A stretch of DNA of 64,000 nt, taken from an uncultured delta proteobacterium. GTDB lineage: Bacteria; Desulfobacterota; Desulfobacteria; Desulfobacterales; JAHEIW01. Position 1 is the stretch's first letter, and each line of letters starts with the position of its first letter. The stretch is from NCBI GenBank assembly GCA_963706575.1, contig CAVPNL010000006.1, positions 320,001 through 384,000 of the forward strand, in the 5' to 3' direction. Positions 41,540 through 52,223 of the stretch are shown here, in pieces. The notes under the pieces are model-generated. The model did not search any database, was not told the DNA's origin, and saw nothing but the letters and a program-made list of their open reading frames with translations. The translations under genes were made by a program, and so were the position numbers.

Positions 41540-42809
41540 TCAGAAAGGAGGAGCGCAGCGATAAGGTGTCTATGCGGATTCCCTGAGAGCTTCTCTCGCC
41601 GCGGGCTTTTACTGATATTGGCTGATTCCAGGCAACGGGTTTGCCTTTGCTGAGGCCCTTTAATTGATCGATGCGAGCGCTGCTTTCAAATGCGGTGACG
41701 TCCTCTGTCGATTTGACGTTGGCAGACAGTGTGAGTTTGCCCTCAGACAGTGTCAGGTCTTGGCGCAGCTTTAAGGTGCCGGGCAGCTGAGAAAAAACTT
41801 CGGCCAGGCTGATAGCGGCCGAACCCTGTAATTGATTTTGGCCCCGGCCGGAAAACTGTCCCCGGACGGTTCCATTCGCCAGAGAGGATTGTAACTTCAG
41901 TTGGTTTAGCGACAGGACATCCTGGCTTATGGTGGCGTCTATTTCGGTGGTGATACCCTTAATCCGGGGATGATCCGCACCCAGCGGCCCGCCCCAGAGC
42001 TCCAGCCGGTTCAAGGACAATTTTCCTTTGATGTCCAAGGCCTTCGCCGCGCTGCCCTGTAAGGCAAGATCGACGTTTAAACGTCCTTTGCCTGATGGAA
42101 AATTACCCCGGGAAGCCATTATCGCCAGTATATCTTCAAGCTCCCAGTTGGTGATTTTCAAGCGGGCATCGGATTGAATTGCCTTCAGGTCAAGGGGATT
42201 GTTCGCAGAAAGGGTCAGGTTGCCTTCGCCGGACAAGGTACCGACGGTGTCGCCCGATGTCAGGAAAACCTGGTAGGCGATGGGTTTTTCGATGTCGGAT
42301 ATATCCAGAAAAAGATCCAGGTCTTTGACCACTGTTTTTTCACTACCGGCCGTGTTTACGGTACGGATGGCGCCGTCGGTAATTTTGAGCAGCCCTGAAA
42401 AGGTCGGAAAAACGCCGGATTGGGGGGGAGCCGTTTTTTCAGATACATCAGATGGCTGTTTATCCGGGAGATAAAAAGCCACTTGCGGCTTAACGACTTC
42501 AATTCCTCCCAGATTGCCGGTATCGGCCAGCAATTGAAACAGTCCGCGATATCCTTTCAGCTCGGCGACTTCAATGAAAAGGTTTTCCTGTCGATGGTCG
42601 TAGATGATGCCTTTGGCTTCAATACCGCTGAACCATTTAAACGTCCATTCTGCGACCTGTAGCTGTCCGGGTAAATGCCGGTTGACGCTTTCCAGTATGT
42701 GCGGCTTCAGCAGGTTGCTGGATAAGATTGCAGGCAAAAACACCAGTCCGATAAAAATCACGAAAAACAACGAAATCCCCGTCCAAAGCAACACCGGTTT
42801 TGTTTTCAT
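41469..42809 (-). CDS. AsmA-like protein, N-terminal fragment (upstream of frameshift)
   Basis: N-terminal TM anchor followed by LPAILSS and beta-rich sequence; last about 20 aa are out-of-frame read-through. Confidence 0.7.
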   Translation of the reverse strand: MKTKPVLLWTGISLFFVIFIGLVFLPAILSSNLLKPHILESVNRHLPGQLQVAEWTFKWFSGIEAKGIIYDHRQENLFIEVAELKGYRGLFQLLADTGNLGGIEVVKPQVAFYLPDKQPSDVSEKTAPPQSGVFPTFSGLLKITDGAIRTVNTAGSEKTVVKDLDLFLDISDIEKPIAYQVFLTSGDTVGTLSGEGNLTLSANNPLDLKAIQSDARLKITNWELEDILAIMASRGNFPSGKGRLNVDLALQGSAAKALDIKGKLSLNRLELWGGPLGADHPRIKGITTEIDATISQDVLSLNQLKLQSSLANGTVRGQFSGRGQNQLQGSAAISLAEVFSQLPGTLKLRQDLTLSEGKLTLSANVKSTEDVTAFESSARIDQLKGLSKGKPVAWNQPISVKARGERSSQGIRIDTLSLRSSFLNGDGQWRFQQHAGHAFSGHGGSA

Positions 42810-43294
42810 TTTGCTCCCTCAGAGATCACTTGCTCAGATCTTCGTCCTTTCAAATACTATTTTTTTTGTCTGAGTTTCGGAATTTTAACCGCGCAACCGG
42901 CCAATGTGAAACCGGCACCCAGATAAAAGACGCTTCATTTAACAGATCATTACGGATTCTGCTAATAGATAGGATGTACCCGTACCATTAGCAAGATAAT
43001 ACATAACGCTGATAATCAAAATCGAAGCTTTTTCTAACCAGGTGCATCTTGGCCGATATGTTAAACCTGATTATGCGGTCAGCTGTGATACACTTGATCA
43101 TGGGCATGGCGATTGACGAATGCAGCTAAAAAATGCCGGTGCCTATTGGCGTTTGTCATTTGATGATTAATGTATGCTCTATCCGGATGACAATTTTCAC
43201 CGGAATTTTAAGCGCGCCTGAGGCTTTCATTTTCTCATTAACTTGAATGCGAGGTTCAGGTAAATGGGTATGTTGATCGATAAATGCCGTAAGG

Positions 43295-44497
43295 ATGAAT
43301 ATGGTTTGGTTTTTTCTCATATTTTTTGCCATTTCCGGTCTGCTGGCAACTTACATCACCTGGCGACTTTTTAGCAAAGCTGCCTTGCGGCGCCGCTGGA
43401 AGATTTTGATTGCACTGGGGATCGTTGTGGCAATGTTTACGCCCGTTTTGACGATTATGCTGCACCGATCCGGATTCGACAACCTGGGCCTCCATCTCCT
43501 CACCTGGGCCGGCTATCTGGCGGTGGGTTTTTTGAGTTTTGTATTTTCCTATTTGGTTATTCGAGATCTGGTGTGGGCGCCGCTTGCCGGGTTTAAGATG
43601 ATTCAGGCGCGGATATCGAAAGCGGCCCCAAACGCTGCAGGATCCCGCCAAATCGACAACCCTTCTCGCAGGGGATTTCTTGTAAACTCAGTAAATTATG
43701 GGGTTGTGGCGGCCGCGGCCCTTTCTACCGGATACGGTATTGCAGAAGCCAAACAGACGCCCCAGGTGAAACACGTGCCGATAAAAATCGACCATTTGCC
43801 GCCGGAACTGGAAGGTTTCAGAATCGTCCAAATCACCGACATCCACGTTAACCCCACTTTTCGACGCGCTGCTGTGGAAGACATCGTGGGTGTGGTGAAC
43901 ACGCTCGATGCCGATATTGTTGTCTTAACCGGCGACCTGGTGGACGGCTCGGTTGCTCAGCTGGGATTTGACGTGGCGCCTTTGAAGCAGATTAACTCGG
44001 TTTCGGGGAATTTTTTTGTTACCGGAAATCACGAATATTATTCCGGTGTGATCGAATGGATCGAAGAAGTCAAGCGCCTGGGCTTCACCGTGCTGTTGAA
44101 TGAACATCAGGTTATTTCCCGCGGCCAGGCCAGAATGGCGCTGGCCGGCGTGACCGACTATCGCGGTGGTAATTTTTTGACCAGTCACCGCTCGGATCCG
44201 CAAAAAGCTTTAAATGGCGCGCCGCCGGCAGACGTTAAAATCCTTTTAGCGCACCAGCCCAAAAATATTTTTGATGCCGCCAAAGCCGGATACGACCTGC
44301 AGATTTCGGGCCATACCCACGGCGGCCAGTTTTTCCCATGGAATTTGCTGGTGGGCTTTGCCCAGCCGTATGTATCCGGTTTGCACACCCACCAAAATAC
44401 CCGGATTTATGTCAGTCGGGGTACCGGTTACTGGGGCCCGCCGTTGCGTGTGGGCTCTCCCTCCGAAATCACCTTAATCAACCTGACTGCCGGCTAG
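43295..44497 (+). CDS. Membrane-anchored metallophosphoesterase (YkuE/YaeI-like)
   Basis: TDIH, TGDLVD, GNHEY, LAHQP, SGHTHGGQ, SRGTG.WGPP.R. Confidence 0.92.
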   Translation: MNMVWFFLIFFAISGLLATYITWRLFSKAALRRRWKILIALGIVVAMFTPVLTIMLHRSGFDNLGLHLLTWAGYLAVGFLSFVFSYLVIRDLVWAPLAGFKMIQARISKAAPNAAGSRQIDNPSRRGFLVNSVNYGVVAAAALSTGYGIAEAKQTPQVKHVPIKIDHLPPELEGFRIVQITDIHVNPTFRRAAVEDIVGVVNTLDADIVVLTGDLVDGSVAQLGFDVAPLKQINSVSGNFFVTGNHEYYSGVIEWIEEVKRLGFTVLLNEHQVISRGQARMALAGVTDYRGGNFLTSHRSDPQKALNGAPPADVKILLAHQPKNIFDAAKAGYDLQISGHTHGGQFFPWNLLVGFAQPYVSGLHTHQNTRIYVSRGTGYWGPPLRVGSPSEITLINLTAG

Positions 44498-44527
44498 GAC
44501 CCAGCGGCATCGACACCACAACCGCAC

Positions 44528-44986
44528 TTAATTATCCGCTTCGCCCTTCGGTGGTCGGACGACATACACCGAACAGGGAGCATCGCGGATAACCTGTGCA
44601 GTTATATTTTTTTTGAAAAAACGGATCCAACCCTTGCGGTCCCGGGAAGCGATCACGATAACATCCACGCCGAACTGTCTGGCCTTTTCAACGATCACCC
44701 GATAAACGGGAATTCCAGTCACCTGAATTTCTTCGACTGGGATTGAATTTTTTAACGCCATGGGAATCACTTTGGTCAGATCAGCGCGCTCTTTTTTCAT
44801 GAGGTGTTTCTGGACGTCTTCTAAAGATCCGGCCACGATCCGGCCGTGAAGCGGAAATGGCGCTTTGACATGGAGCACATAGAGCCGGGCATTATGTGTT
44901 TGGGCCAGAGATGCCGCGTATCTGGCGGCATACAGCGAGGATTCTGTAAAATCCACCGGGACCATGATATTTTGGATAGGGGTCAT
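44528..44986 (-). CDS. Universal stress protein
   Basis: IMVPVDFTESS, LHV, DVIVIAS, VIRDAPCSVYVV. Confidence 0.9.
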   Translation of the reverse strand: MTPIQNIMVPVDFTESSLYAARYAASLAQTHNARLYVLHVKAPFPLHGRIVAGSLEDVQKHLMKKERADLTKVIPMALKNSIPVEEIQVTGIPVYRVIVEKARQFGVDVIVIASRDRKGWIRFFKKNITAQVIRDAPCSVYVVRPPKGEADN

Positions 44987-45189
44987 CCCATTCTTTTTTA
45001 ATTGACGATTTGAGTCTTAGGTGTCAATTGGTTAATGGTTATTAGAATTCAATGACAAGCTTATCTTATGTTCCTATAATGGTTGAGATATCAAATTAGA
45101 TATCATTCCTTTTAACGAATAACGAAAAAACGATAACACCCAATTGGATTTTAACTCAATCGGGGTTTTACCGGAAGGTATGATCCGTC

Positions 45190-45975
45190 ATGGACAAAGA
45201 AGACATCAAGAATCTGGCCAAGAACAAAAATTTTATCTCCGGAATTTACAATTATTGTGATCGCTGGTGTGAGCGCTGTCCGTTCACATCTCGCTGCATG
45301 AATTTCGCAATGACCCGGGAGTATTCGGACGATCCTGAAGCCAGTGATATAACCAATGAAAAGTTTTGGCAAAGCCTTTCTGAAATTTTTGAAGTGACGC
45401 GGGAAATGCTGGAAGAATCCGCCGAGGAGATGGGGATAGACCTTGATTCCATCGATTTTGAGGAAACATCCCGGGACGAAGGCGTCAAAGACAAAATAGT
45501 TAAAAACCATGCGTGCTGCCGGGCCGCAGAAAAATATTATGAAATGGTGGACGAATTTTTTGAATCTGAATATATCCCTTCACTGCATCTCGTTGATAAA
45601 TCGGACGGAGGGAATGCACCCAAATTGAAGAAAATCGATATGCTGGATGGGCCGGTCACCCTCGATGAACTGGTAGAAATTATTTACTGGTATCATCATT
45701 TTATTTACGTCAAGCTGATGCGATCTGTTCGAGGCATTCTGGGAGATACATCAGAGATATTGGAAGAATTTCCGAAAGATTCAGATGGCTCTGCCAAAGT
45801 GGCGTTGATTGCCATTGACCGTTCCATGGCGGCCTGGGGACATATGCACAACTATTTTTCTTCTCATCGGGATCAAATTCTCTCGATAATTAAGCACCTT
45901 GACGGTCTTCGCCAAAGGGTGGAGATCGTATTTCCGGAAGCGCGGGATTTTGTTCGCCCCGGATTCGATGAATAA
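45190..45975 (+). CDS. Hypothetical acidic protein with N-terminal CxxxCxxC...C motif
   Basis: IYNYCDRWCERCPFTSRC; C-terminal DSDGSAKVALI and FVRPGFDE. Confidence 0.75.
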   Translation: MDKEDIKNLAKNKNFISGIYNYCDRWCERCPFTSRCMNFAMTREYSDDPEASDITNEKFWQSLSEIFEVTREMLEESAEEMGIDLDSIDFEETSRDEGVKDKIVKNHACCRAAEKYYEMVDEFFESEYIPSLHLVDKSDGGNAPKLKKIDMLDGPVTLDELVEIIYWYHHFIYVKLMRSVRGILGDTSEILEEFPKDSDGSAKVALIAIDRSMAAWGHMHNYFSSHRDQILSIIKHLDGLRQRVEIVFPEARDFVRPGFDE

Positions 45976-46438
45976 ATTACAGGTCTATACTTGATTCAGC
46001 GATTGTAATGCCAGCTTGCTTGCCTCCGTGCGACTTGCCCCTTATACCGCAATTCCGTAACTGGGAACATTATTATGGCAAGCGGTTTAACCTCGCGGTA
46101 AACATTTCTTTCTGCCAAACAAGAAGTACAAAAAGTGTTAAATTTAGCTGCCAGTTCATCTTTACGTCTTCATTTTTAAACACTCAAAAAAGTATAAAAT
46201 AATGATGCCACCCTTTTTTTTGAAAAAAGATAGACAAAATCGATATGCGGCATTATTTTACTCTAATTTGTTTTGTCTTCGGTTTTCTAATCGTTCTAAT
46301 AATTTCAAAAGTAGACAAAAAATTACATTGCTAATGAACCTTGAAGAAGACTTTCCTTGTTTGGGTTCTTAGGATTTAAAATACCAACTTTTATATAATG
46401 CTTGAGCGATACATACATTTAGTGAAGGAGGTGCAGTT

Positions 46439-47527
46439 ATGAACTTTAAAATAACAGTTTTACCAATGGCGATCGGAATTTTGTTGGTCGGATTATTTGC
46501 CAGCACGCTTCCAGCTGCCGAGATTATCACGGAAACAGATATTGTCGAAAAAGTAGTTCAGAAAGAAGATTTTATACGGACAGCAGACAACTTTATCATT
46601 CTATTCGATTCTTCCAGCTCGATGAAAGAAATTCTTAACAAGAGCACCAGAGAAACAAAATATGATGCCGTCAGAAATATCCTTGAAGAGCGGCAAAAGG
46701 TGCTGCCGGATCTGGGTTACAATGCCGGGTTATACCTCTATACACCCTTTCAAGAGGTCTACCCCATGGGGCCCTATGATCCAGCAAAGTTTGCCGCTGC
46801 CATTGACAGCCTGCCGGCAGAGCCCAAAGGACGAACCCCTTTACCGACCGGAATTCGTGAAATGGGGCCGTTATTGGAAAAGCTGTCCGGTAAAACCGCC
46901 GTGTTCATCTTTAGTGATGGCACTTTCGACCAATTGACGGATTTCAAACTGCCGGAGGATTACACCCGGGAATTTGCCGAACAGCATAATGTTTGTTTCT
47001 ACATGATCAGCAGCGCCACGAAATGGTACGCTGAAAAGCGCTTAGCCGATATGGCAGAGGCCAACGCCTGCTCGCGGGTTATTCCCATAGAGGCATTTAT
47101 CAACAATCCGGAGTACATGGCCGGAGCGTTGTATACGGTCAAGGCATCTGCGTTCGTGGAAACGACCACCGAGGCAAGAATTGCCGGCCTCAAAGCGCAG
47201 GATGGTAATTTTGATTTCAATAAATCCGATATCCGTTCGGAGTTTCAAAGTGAACTGGATGAGGTTGGAACATTTTTGCAGAATCACCCGGATGCTTATG
47301 TTATGCTGGTCGGATACACCGACAGTATCGGAAGCGAAGAATACAATCTGGATCTGTCCCTTCGCAGAGCCAACAGTGCCGCAAATTATTTAACATCCAA
47401 CCACAATATTGATCGGGACCGCATCGTGGTGAACTATTACGGCGAAGCCAATCCGATTGCGAGCAACGATACGGAGGAAGGCCGGTCACAAAACCGGCGC
47501 GTTGAAGTTGCAGTGGGTGGCTTATAA
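46439..47527 (+). CDS. vWA + OmpA-like peptidoglycan-binding protein
   Basis: Signal peptide; MIDAS-like LFDSSSSM, TPL, FSDG; OmpA FDFNKS, GYTD.IGSEEYN..LS.RRA, NRRVE. Confidence 0.9.
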   Translation: MNFKITVLPMAIGILLVGLFASTLPAAEIITETDIVEKVVQKEDFIRTADNFIILFDSSSSMKEILNKSTRETKYDAVRNILEERQKVLPDLGYNAGLYLYTPFQEVYPMGPYDPAKFAAAIDSLPAEPKGRTPLPTGIREMGPLLEKLSGKTAVFIFSDGTFDQLTDFKLPEDYTREFAEQHNVCFYMISSATKWYAEKRLADMAEANACSRVIPIEAFINNPEYMAGALYTVKASAFVETTTEARIAGLKAQDGNFDFNKSDIRSEFQSELDEVGTFLQNHPDAYVMLVGYTDSIGSEEYNLDLSLRRANSAANYLTSNHNIDRDRIVVNYYGEANPIASNDTEEGRSQNRRVEVAVGGL

Positions 47528-47545
47528 TAGAACAAAATAATCAGC

Positions 47546-47581
47546 CAGGGGAGAGGACTTCGCTGTCCTCCCCCTGTTTTT
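47546..47581 (+). terminator. Rho-independent terminator after the OmpA gene
   Basis: CAGGGGAGAGGAC-loop-GTCCTCCCCCTG followed by T5. Confidence 0.75.
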
Positions 47582-47675
47582 AAAACGTTTGATTTCACCC
47601 CCCAGTCTTTGCCCATCCTTTCACCTCCAGTTATCCGTCCATTTAATATGTGCGACGGGTGATGCTGTTGACGCG

Positions 47676-48029
47676 TCAATCATTCTTTTCGTTACGCTTT
47701 CCCGGCATCACGAAACAAGCGTCATCCAAACGGTTGCAGATATAGGCATTGATGATTTTTTCAAGCTCGCCCGCAATACCGCTAACTAAAGCAATGTTCT
47801 TGCCGGCCAGAAATCTGCACATGACGTCACTGACGCCGGCGCAGATAATTTTGCGAATTCCCCAGCGGGCCATCACCTCAATACGTTCGTGGATGGACAT
47901 TTTTTCAAGGGTCAGCTCCTGTCTGCGGATTTCCTGGCCCTTTTCAATGTCAACGACCACCATACGGTGACATGAGTCCAAAACAGGAGAAACGCGCGAT
48001 TCAAATACCGGAATAGCCACTCTTTCCAT
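47676..48029 (-). CDS. NifB/NifX-family (FeMo-co binding / ORP-like) protein
   Basis: VAIPVFESRVSPVLD, IICAGVS, SGIAGE, F.MPG. Confidence 0.8.
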   Translation of the reverse strand: MERVAIPVFESRVSPVLDSCHRMVVVDIEKGQEIRRQELTLEKMSIHERIEVMARWGIRKIICAGVSDVMCRFLAGKNIALVSGIAGELEKIINAYICNRLDDACFVMPGKRNEKND

Positions 48030-48994
48030 TATTCAGTTTCAAACGCGTGATGTTCGTGATCCTCACAACCGCAGGTGGATGCGAGTTCAGATTTTAAATC
48101 AGCATGTGCAAGGTCCCACCAGAGGGAATTGATGACAACTTGCGGAAGTTCGTCTGCCGCAACGTGGTCGCAAGCCGAATGCGAGCATGCGTGTTCAAAA
48201 ACGATCTTTTCTTCGGGATCCAAATGCGCGCGCCAGTTCATATCGACCAGGTCCCCGGTATCGGTTGCGTTTGAAAACAGCACGCTTGTTGAGTACTGCT
48301 GAGTTTCATCGCTAACCCAACTCTCCGAGGTTTGATGGGTATCGACAATACATTCAAACCCCGGAGATCGGGTTGCGCCGATAAATGCGGGTGACTGTTT
48401 TGAATAAAACGCATACAGGCTGATCAAGCGGTCAAACAGGGGATAGCCGATCTGCCAGGCGGGTATATTGCGAATGACGCTTTTTCCATGGGCATCATTC
48501 AGACCATTTCGTTGACCGGTTTTTACGGTTATCATCGACCACTTCAGGAAATCGAGACTGTCAAATGTAAGCATCGCAACGGTTTCGGCAGCATTTAACA
48601 TAAACGATAGGCTGCCAACCGTAAAAAATGTCTCGGGTACACGCTGCCTGGCTTCCAGCCGGGGGGTATGGGTGTGGTCGAACAGTTCACCGGTGACCAT
48701 TTCCCGTTCCTGGGGGGAAAAGGAATCAAACACACTGGCTGTGACATAGGGATAGCATTTGACCACAAACTGTCCCACATTCAGGGTTTGGTCTGTGGCT
48801 GCGGTGGTTCCGCCCTCCTCAAAGACCAGAGCATAAACCCCCGGAGCACCGTCAATCCAGATATACCACTCCGGTCGGTCGCCCCAGACCTGGCTGACAC
48901 CCGTAAGGTCGAGCATTTTTTGGACCTGCTCAACCCAGGAAGCGCTAATCAACATGCTTTCAACCTTATTGCGAAAAAAGCTGTCAAAATCCAT
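48029..48994 (-). CDS. Hypothetical protein with Cys/His-rich C-terminus
   Basis: Likely start MDFDSFF at 48994, overlapping the upstream stop; ends HACSHSACDH...TCGCEDHEHH. Confidence 0.7.
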   Translation of the reverse strand: MDFDSFFRNKVESMLISASWVEQVQKMLDLTGVSQVWGDRPEWYIWIDGAPGVYALVFEEGGTTAATDQTLNVGQFVVKCYPYVTASVFDSFSPQEREMVTGELFDHTHTPRLEARQRVPETFFTVGSLSFMLNAAETVAMLTFDSLDFLKWSMITVKTGQRNGLNDAHGKSVIRNIPAWQIGYPLFDRLISLYAFYSKQSPAFIGATRSPGFECIVDTHQTSESWVSDETQQYSTSVLFSNATDTGDLVDMNWRAHLDPEEKIVFEHACSHSACDHVAADELPQVVINSLWWDLAHADLKSELASTCGCEDHEHHAFETE

Positions 48995-49268
48995 ACGCTT
49001 CACCACCGTGCTTTTTGAAAAGCTCCTTGACGATTTCGTTTTTTTCGCGCCCTTCGGTTTCGATGCCGTGCTGCCGGGCGGTTTCCAATAAAAGATCATC
49101 CGGATAGGCAAGGGTTAGCGCATAACTGGAATCGTAAGTTTCAAAATAACGGTCAAAAGCGCTTTCCTGCTCAACTTCCTGCACGCCTTCCTGGAAACCG
49201 GAAACAATTTCTCCCACCTGGCGCAGCCAACCGCGCCTGAAAAAAAAACGTTTGTTTTGATCAACCAT
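48984..49268 (-). CDS. Small hypothetical protein
   Basis: ATG at 49268 follows GGAG; tightly packed between co-oriented neighbours. Confidence 0.65.
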   Translation of the reverse strand: MVDQNKRFFFRRGWLRQVGEIVSGFQEGVQEVEQESAFDRYFETYDSSYALTLAYPDDLLLETARQHGIETEGREKNEIVKELFKKHGGEAYGF

Positions 49269-49269
49269 T

Positions 49270-50496
49270 TTAATCTCCATGCTTTCTCAAGGGCCAACCT
49301 TCGAAAAAGTCACTCTGAATCATGATGATACTCAAAAACAACAGGATCCAAACCAGCGGTGTATCTCCTGGTTGAGCGACACCGGGCACTTTGGCCAGGA
49401 AAAATGTGGCCAGGGGCGAATAATAGAAAGCATAAAACAATAGCCCGCCGGCGATGGCGATAGCGGTGCGAATGATCGCACGGGCCCAGATATTGGCCAT
49501 ATTGGGAAAATTGCCAAAATAATTCTCGAGAATAAATGCGGCCAAAATGAAAAAGCCGGCCATTTCACCGGCATGGATAAACCGAAAATCGGGCCCATCG
49601 GTGTATTGACCGCCCATAAACGGTTCATCCCAGACCACGGTAAAGATTTTCAACAGGATCCACATCATAATTAATCCCATGATGAGCGTGGCCGCAAAGG
49701 TGACAATCCCTTTGGCGAAGGTGCCTTCGCCGTTCTTGTTCATCAGCTTCCAGGGATTGCCTTCCCAGAGCTTATCCGAGGCCACAATCCAGAATAAAGA
49801 AGACAGCACCAGCCCCAGTCCGACAAAAGCACTGCCGGTCTCACAAAATCCTTCCCACCAGGGTGACACGCCGGCTTTGGATTGGGCCGGATAGAATAAA
49901 TGACACACATGGGGATGGAATAAGATGATGTAAATGAGGCTGGCAAAAAACAGAATGGCAAACAGACGCGACCACGCCAGAGCGCCGCGCCCCACATTTT
50001 GCCAGGGCCAGCTCCCAAAGCCCAGATTCCAAAAGAGCGCGATCCACAGAAAGGCGGTAAAGAAATAGACAATTGCCGTCGAGGCGTTTTCACGCGCTAC
50101 GAACGGCTCGGCCCCGATGCCCCCCGATGCGACAATGGACTGGGGGCTGAAATAGGCGACGCCCAGTTTTCCGATAAAATACCAGAATATCACATAATGG
50201 ATAAACAGCATCAGAATGAAGGCCACCACGGTCAACAAAATACCACGGCCGACCCGGTTGCCGCCAGCCGAGGGTTCCGTAAAAGGAAAATAGCCGGCAA
50301 CATTGGCGATCAGCACAATCGACGATACCAGCACCACCAGCAAGGCAAAACCATACATGGGGGTGTAAAGCTTCATGACCGTGTTCGGATTCATAAATAT
50401 GTACCACAAAAACCATACAATCCCGAACACCACCACAAAATTAATGAGCCCAAATGGATAATTAAATTTTTTCTCTGCGTTTATTGCGGTATTCAT
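49270..50496 (-). CDS. Polytopic membrane protein of unknown function (possible transporter)
   Basis: About 10-11 hydrophobic segments with recurring F/W.G.PW-like loops; ATG at 50496 follows AGGTG. Confidence 0.75.
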   Translation of the reverse strand: MNTAINAEKKFNYPFGLINFVVVFGIVWFLWYIFMNPNTVMKLYTPMYGFALLVVLVSSIVLIANVAGYFPFTEPSAGGNRVGRGILLTVVAFILMLFIHYVIFWYFIGKLGVAYFSPQSIVASGGIGAEPFVARENASTAIVYFFTAFLWIALFWNLGFGSWPWQNVGRGALAWSRLFAILFFASLIYIILFHPHVCHLFYPAQSKAGVSPWWEGFCETGSAFVGLGLVLSSLFWIVASDKLWEGNPWKLMNKNGEGTFAKGIVTFAATLIMGLIMMWILLKIFTVVWDEPFMGGQYTDGPDFRFIHAGEMAGFFILAAFILENYFGNFPNMANIWARAIIRTAIAIAGGLLFYAFYYSPLATFFLAKVPGVAQPGDTPLVWILLFLSIIMIQSDFFEGWPLRKHGD

Positions 50497-50592
50497 ATGA
50501 TCACCTATGAATTGTGTTGATGGTAATGAAGAGAAAAGAAACCGCAGTGCCATGCTCCTTTTCTCTTCGCTTCATACGGTGCATGGGATCGT

Positions 50593-51699
50593 TTAAAAGA
50601 CTATATGATCTCCGTTGGTCAGAAAGGCGTTGCTGGCCGTGGCGACGGTAGAGGTTCGCTTGTATTCCTTATATTTATCCGTGCCTTTAACCACCGGCAC
50701 ACCGGCGGCGGCGGCCTTCTCGGCCCATATCCAACCGGTGCAGTGATTGCATGCCAGCTTCTTAATCTTGAATGACTTGACGCCTTTGATGATATCATCG
50801 AATTTGGGCTCCCAGGTTTCAAACAGGGTAATGTGCAGACCGCCATAGCAGCCGTAGGGCTCGTAGCCTTTAAAGTTTTTGCGCGCATATGAGAACAGGG
50901 AAAGGATGCCCGGATGGCAGCATCCGGTGACCGTCACGATTCCTTTATCCTTGACATTGAAATACAAAACATTCTCTCCGCGCACCCGCAACAAAATGGG
51001 GACATCAAACATTCTTGTCGCTACACCGGGCATCAGGCGATAAATGCCCTCGCCTTTTTCACCGGCCGGGTCGCAAAGCACCAATTTGCCCGTATGAGGA
51101 TAATCATTTTTGGCAACGTGTATCATTTCCCCGGTATCTTTGTCCTTGGCTTTGTGGTGAGCCTTTTCTTTTAAAAGCGCCATGTCTTCAGGGTAATAGG
51201 TTTTGGGCGCGTACATGGTGATATCCTGTTTGTGCTTGAGGGTTGATTCGATGCCCCATGTATGGTCCAGATGCCAATGAGAGAGGACAAATGTTTCAAT
51301 TTCGCCTTTTTTGAGCATATTGGCGATATCGTTTTTTTCTTCAAAGATATAGTCCATCCAATCGTTGCTCCATCCGGAGTCCATCAAAATCTTGCGCTCG
51401 TTGCCCTCCAGGGTCGTTACCGTAATCAAGGCCGCATAGCCGCCCGTATTGTCAACGTCCCATGGGATGGTATACTGGTTGGTCATGGCACCGCCGTAAT
51501 CCATCATGTTTTTTTTGAGGATGTCATTATTAAACCAGCTGGTCTCGGACAGGACATCGATGCGTACGCTTTTGATTTCACCGATATCGACTTTTTTAGC
51601 GGCATGCGCCTTACGCGGCAGCATGAAATTGGCCGCACTGCCCACCGAGGCCGCAGCGCCGGTGGCGGCAATTGATTTTAAAAAGGTTCTTCGTTTCAT
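50593..51699 (-). CDS. Tat-exported MBL-fold metallohydrolase (COG1237-like)
   Basis: KRRTFLK Tat motif; MDSG, SHWHLDH (HxHxDH), TGCCHPG, GGLH, NHCTG; GGAGG RBS. Confidence 0.88.
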   Translation of the reverse strand: MKRRTFLKSIAATGAAASVGSAANFMLPRKAHAAKKVDIGEIKSVRIDVLSETSWFNNDILKKNMMDYGGAMTNQYTIPWDVDNTGGYAALITVTTLEGNERKILMDSGWSNDWMDYIFEEKNDIANMLKKGEIETFVLSHWHLDHTWGIESTLKHKQDITMYAPKTYYPEDMALLKEKAHHKAKDKDTGEMIHVAKNDYPHTGKLVLCDPAGEKGEGIYRLMPGVATRMFDVPILLRVRGENVLYFNVKDKGIVTVTGCCHPGILSLFSYARKNFKGYEPYGCYGGLHITLFETWEPKFDDIIKGVKSFKIKKLACNHCTGWIWAEKAAAAGVPVVKGTDKYKEYKRTSTVATASNAFLTNGDHIVF

Positions 51700-51742
51700 T
51701 CGTGCTCCTCCTTATGGTTGGATAATTTAAAGAACAGACCGT

Positions 51743-52093
51743 TTAACCGGCTTCCCTTTCAAGTCCTTTGCGCAGATCGTAGAGCAAGTCGATGATCAGC
51801 TCGCTCTCTTCCATGGAGATGTCCAAACCGTAGCCGTGCATCACATTGACCACCAGATGCCAGTCGTCGCGGGTTCGTCCCGGTTGTTCCGGATTGGCGA
51901 CCGAGTCATGGCAACCCGTGCATTTTTGCTGATAAACTTTGTAAGCTTTGATTCGATCCATGCTTTTGGATTTGGCCTTTTCTCCGGCCACCACGCTCGG
52001 GCTCTGAATAACGAGCAGCACGCCCATTGCGCAGATCAAACAAACGGTCAGCAACCAAAAACGTTTAGATGTGAATAACTTTTTGTTAAGCAA
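51743..52093 (-). CDS. Monoheme c-type cytochrome
   Basis: Signal peptide, CTGCH heme motif, W..VV..M candidate distal Met; TTG start. Confidence 0.82.
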   Translation of the reverse strand: MLNKKLFTSKRFWLLTVCLICAMGVLLVIQSPSVVAGEKAKSKSMDRIKAYKVYQQKCTGCHDSVANPEQPGRTRDDWHLVVNVMHGYGLDISMEESELIIDLLYDLRKGLEREAG

Positions 52094-52223
52094 CCTGAGC
52101 CCCCTTTCTGCTAAATGGTTGGCAATAATGCAGGTGATTCGAACATGGCACCGAGATAAACGCAGTAAACGCGAAAAATCCCCTTTTTTCCGAACCCCCC
52201 ACCTCTTTTTGCGACCTTATTGT

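Noticed and set aside
48995..49111. N-terminal extension of the 360-aa ORF
   Set aside because: It overlaps the upstream small gene in another frame; the ATG at 48994 gives normal operon packing.
47676..51699. Selenocysteine read-through in the Cys-rich operon
   Set aside because: The motif cysteines are ordinary TGC/TGT codons and no in-frame TGA interrupts a recognisable domain.
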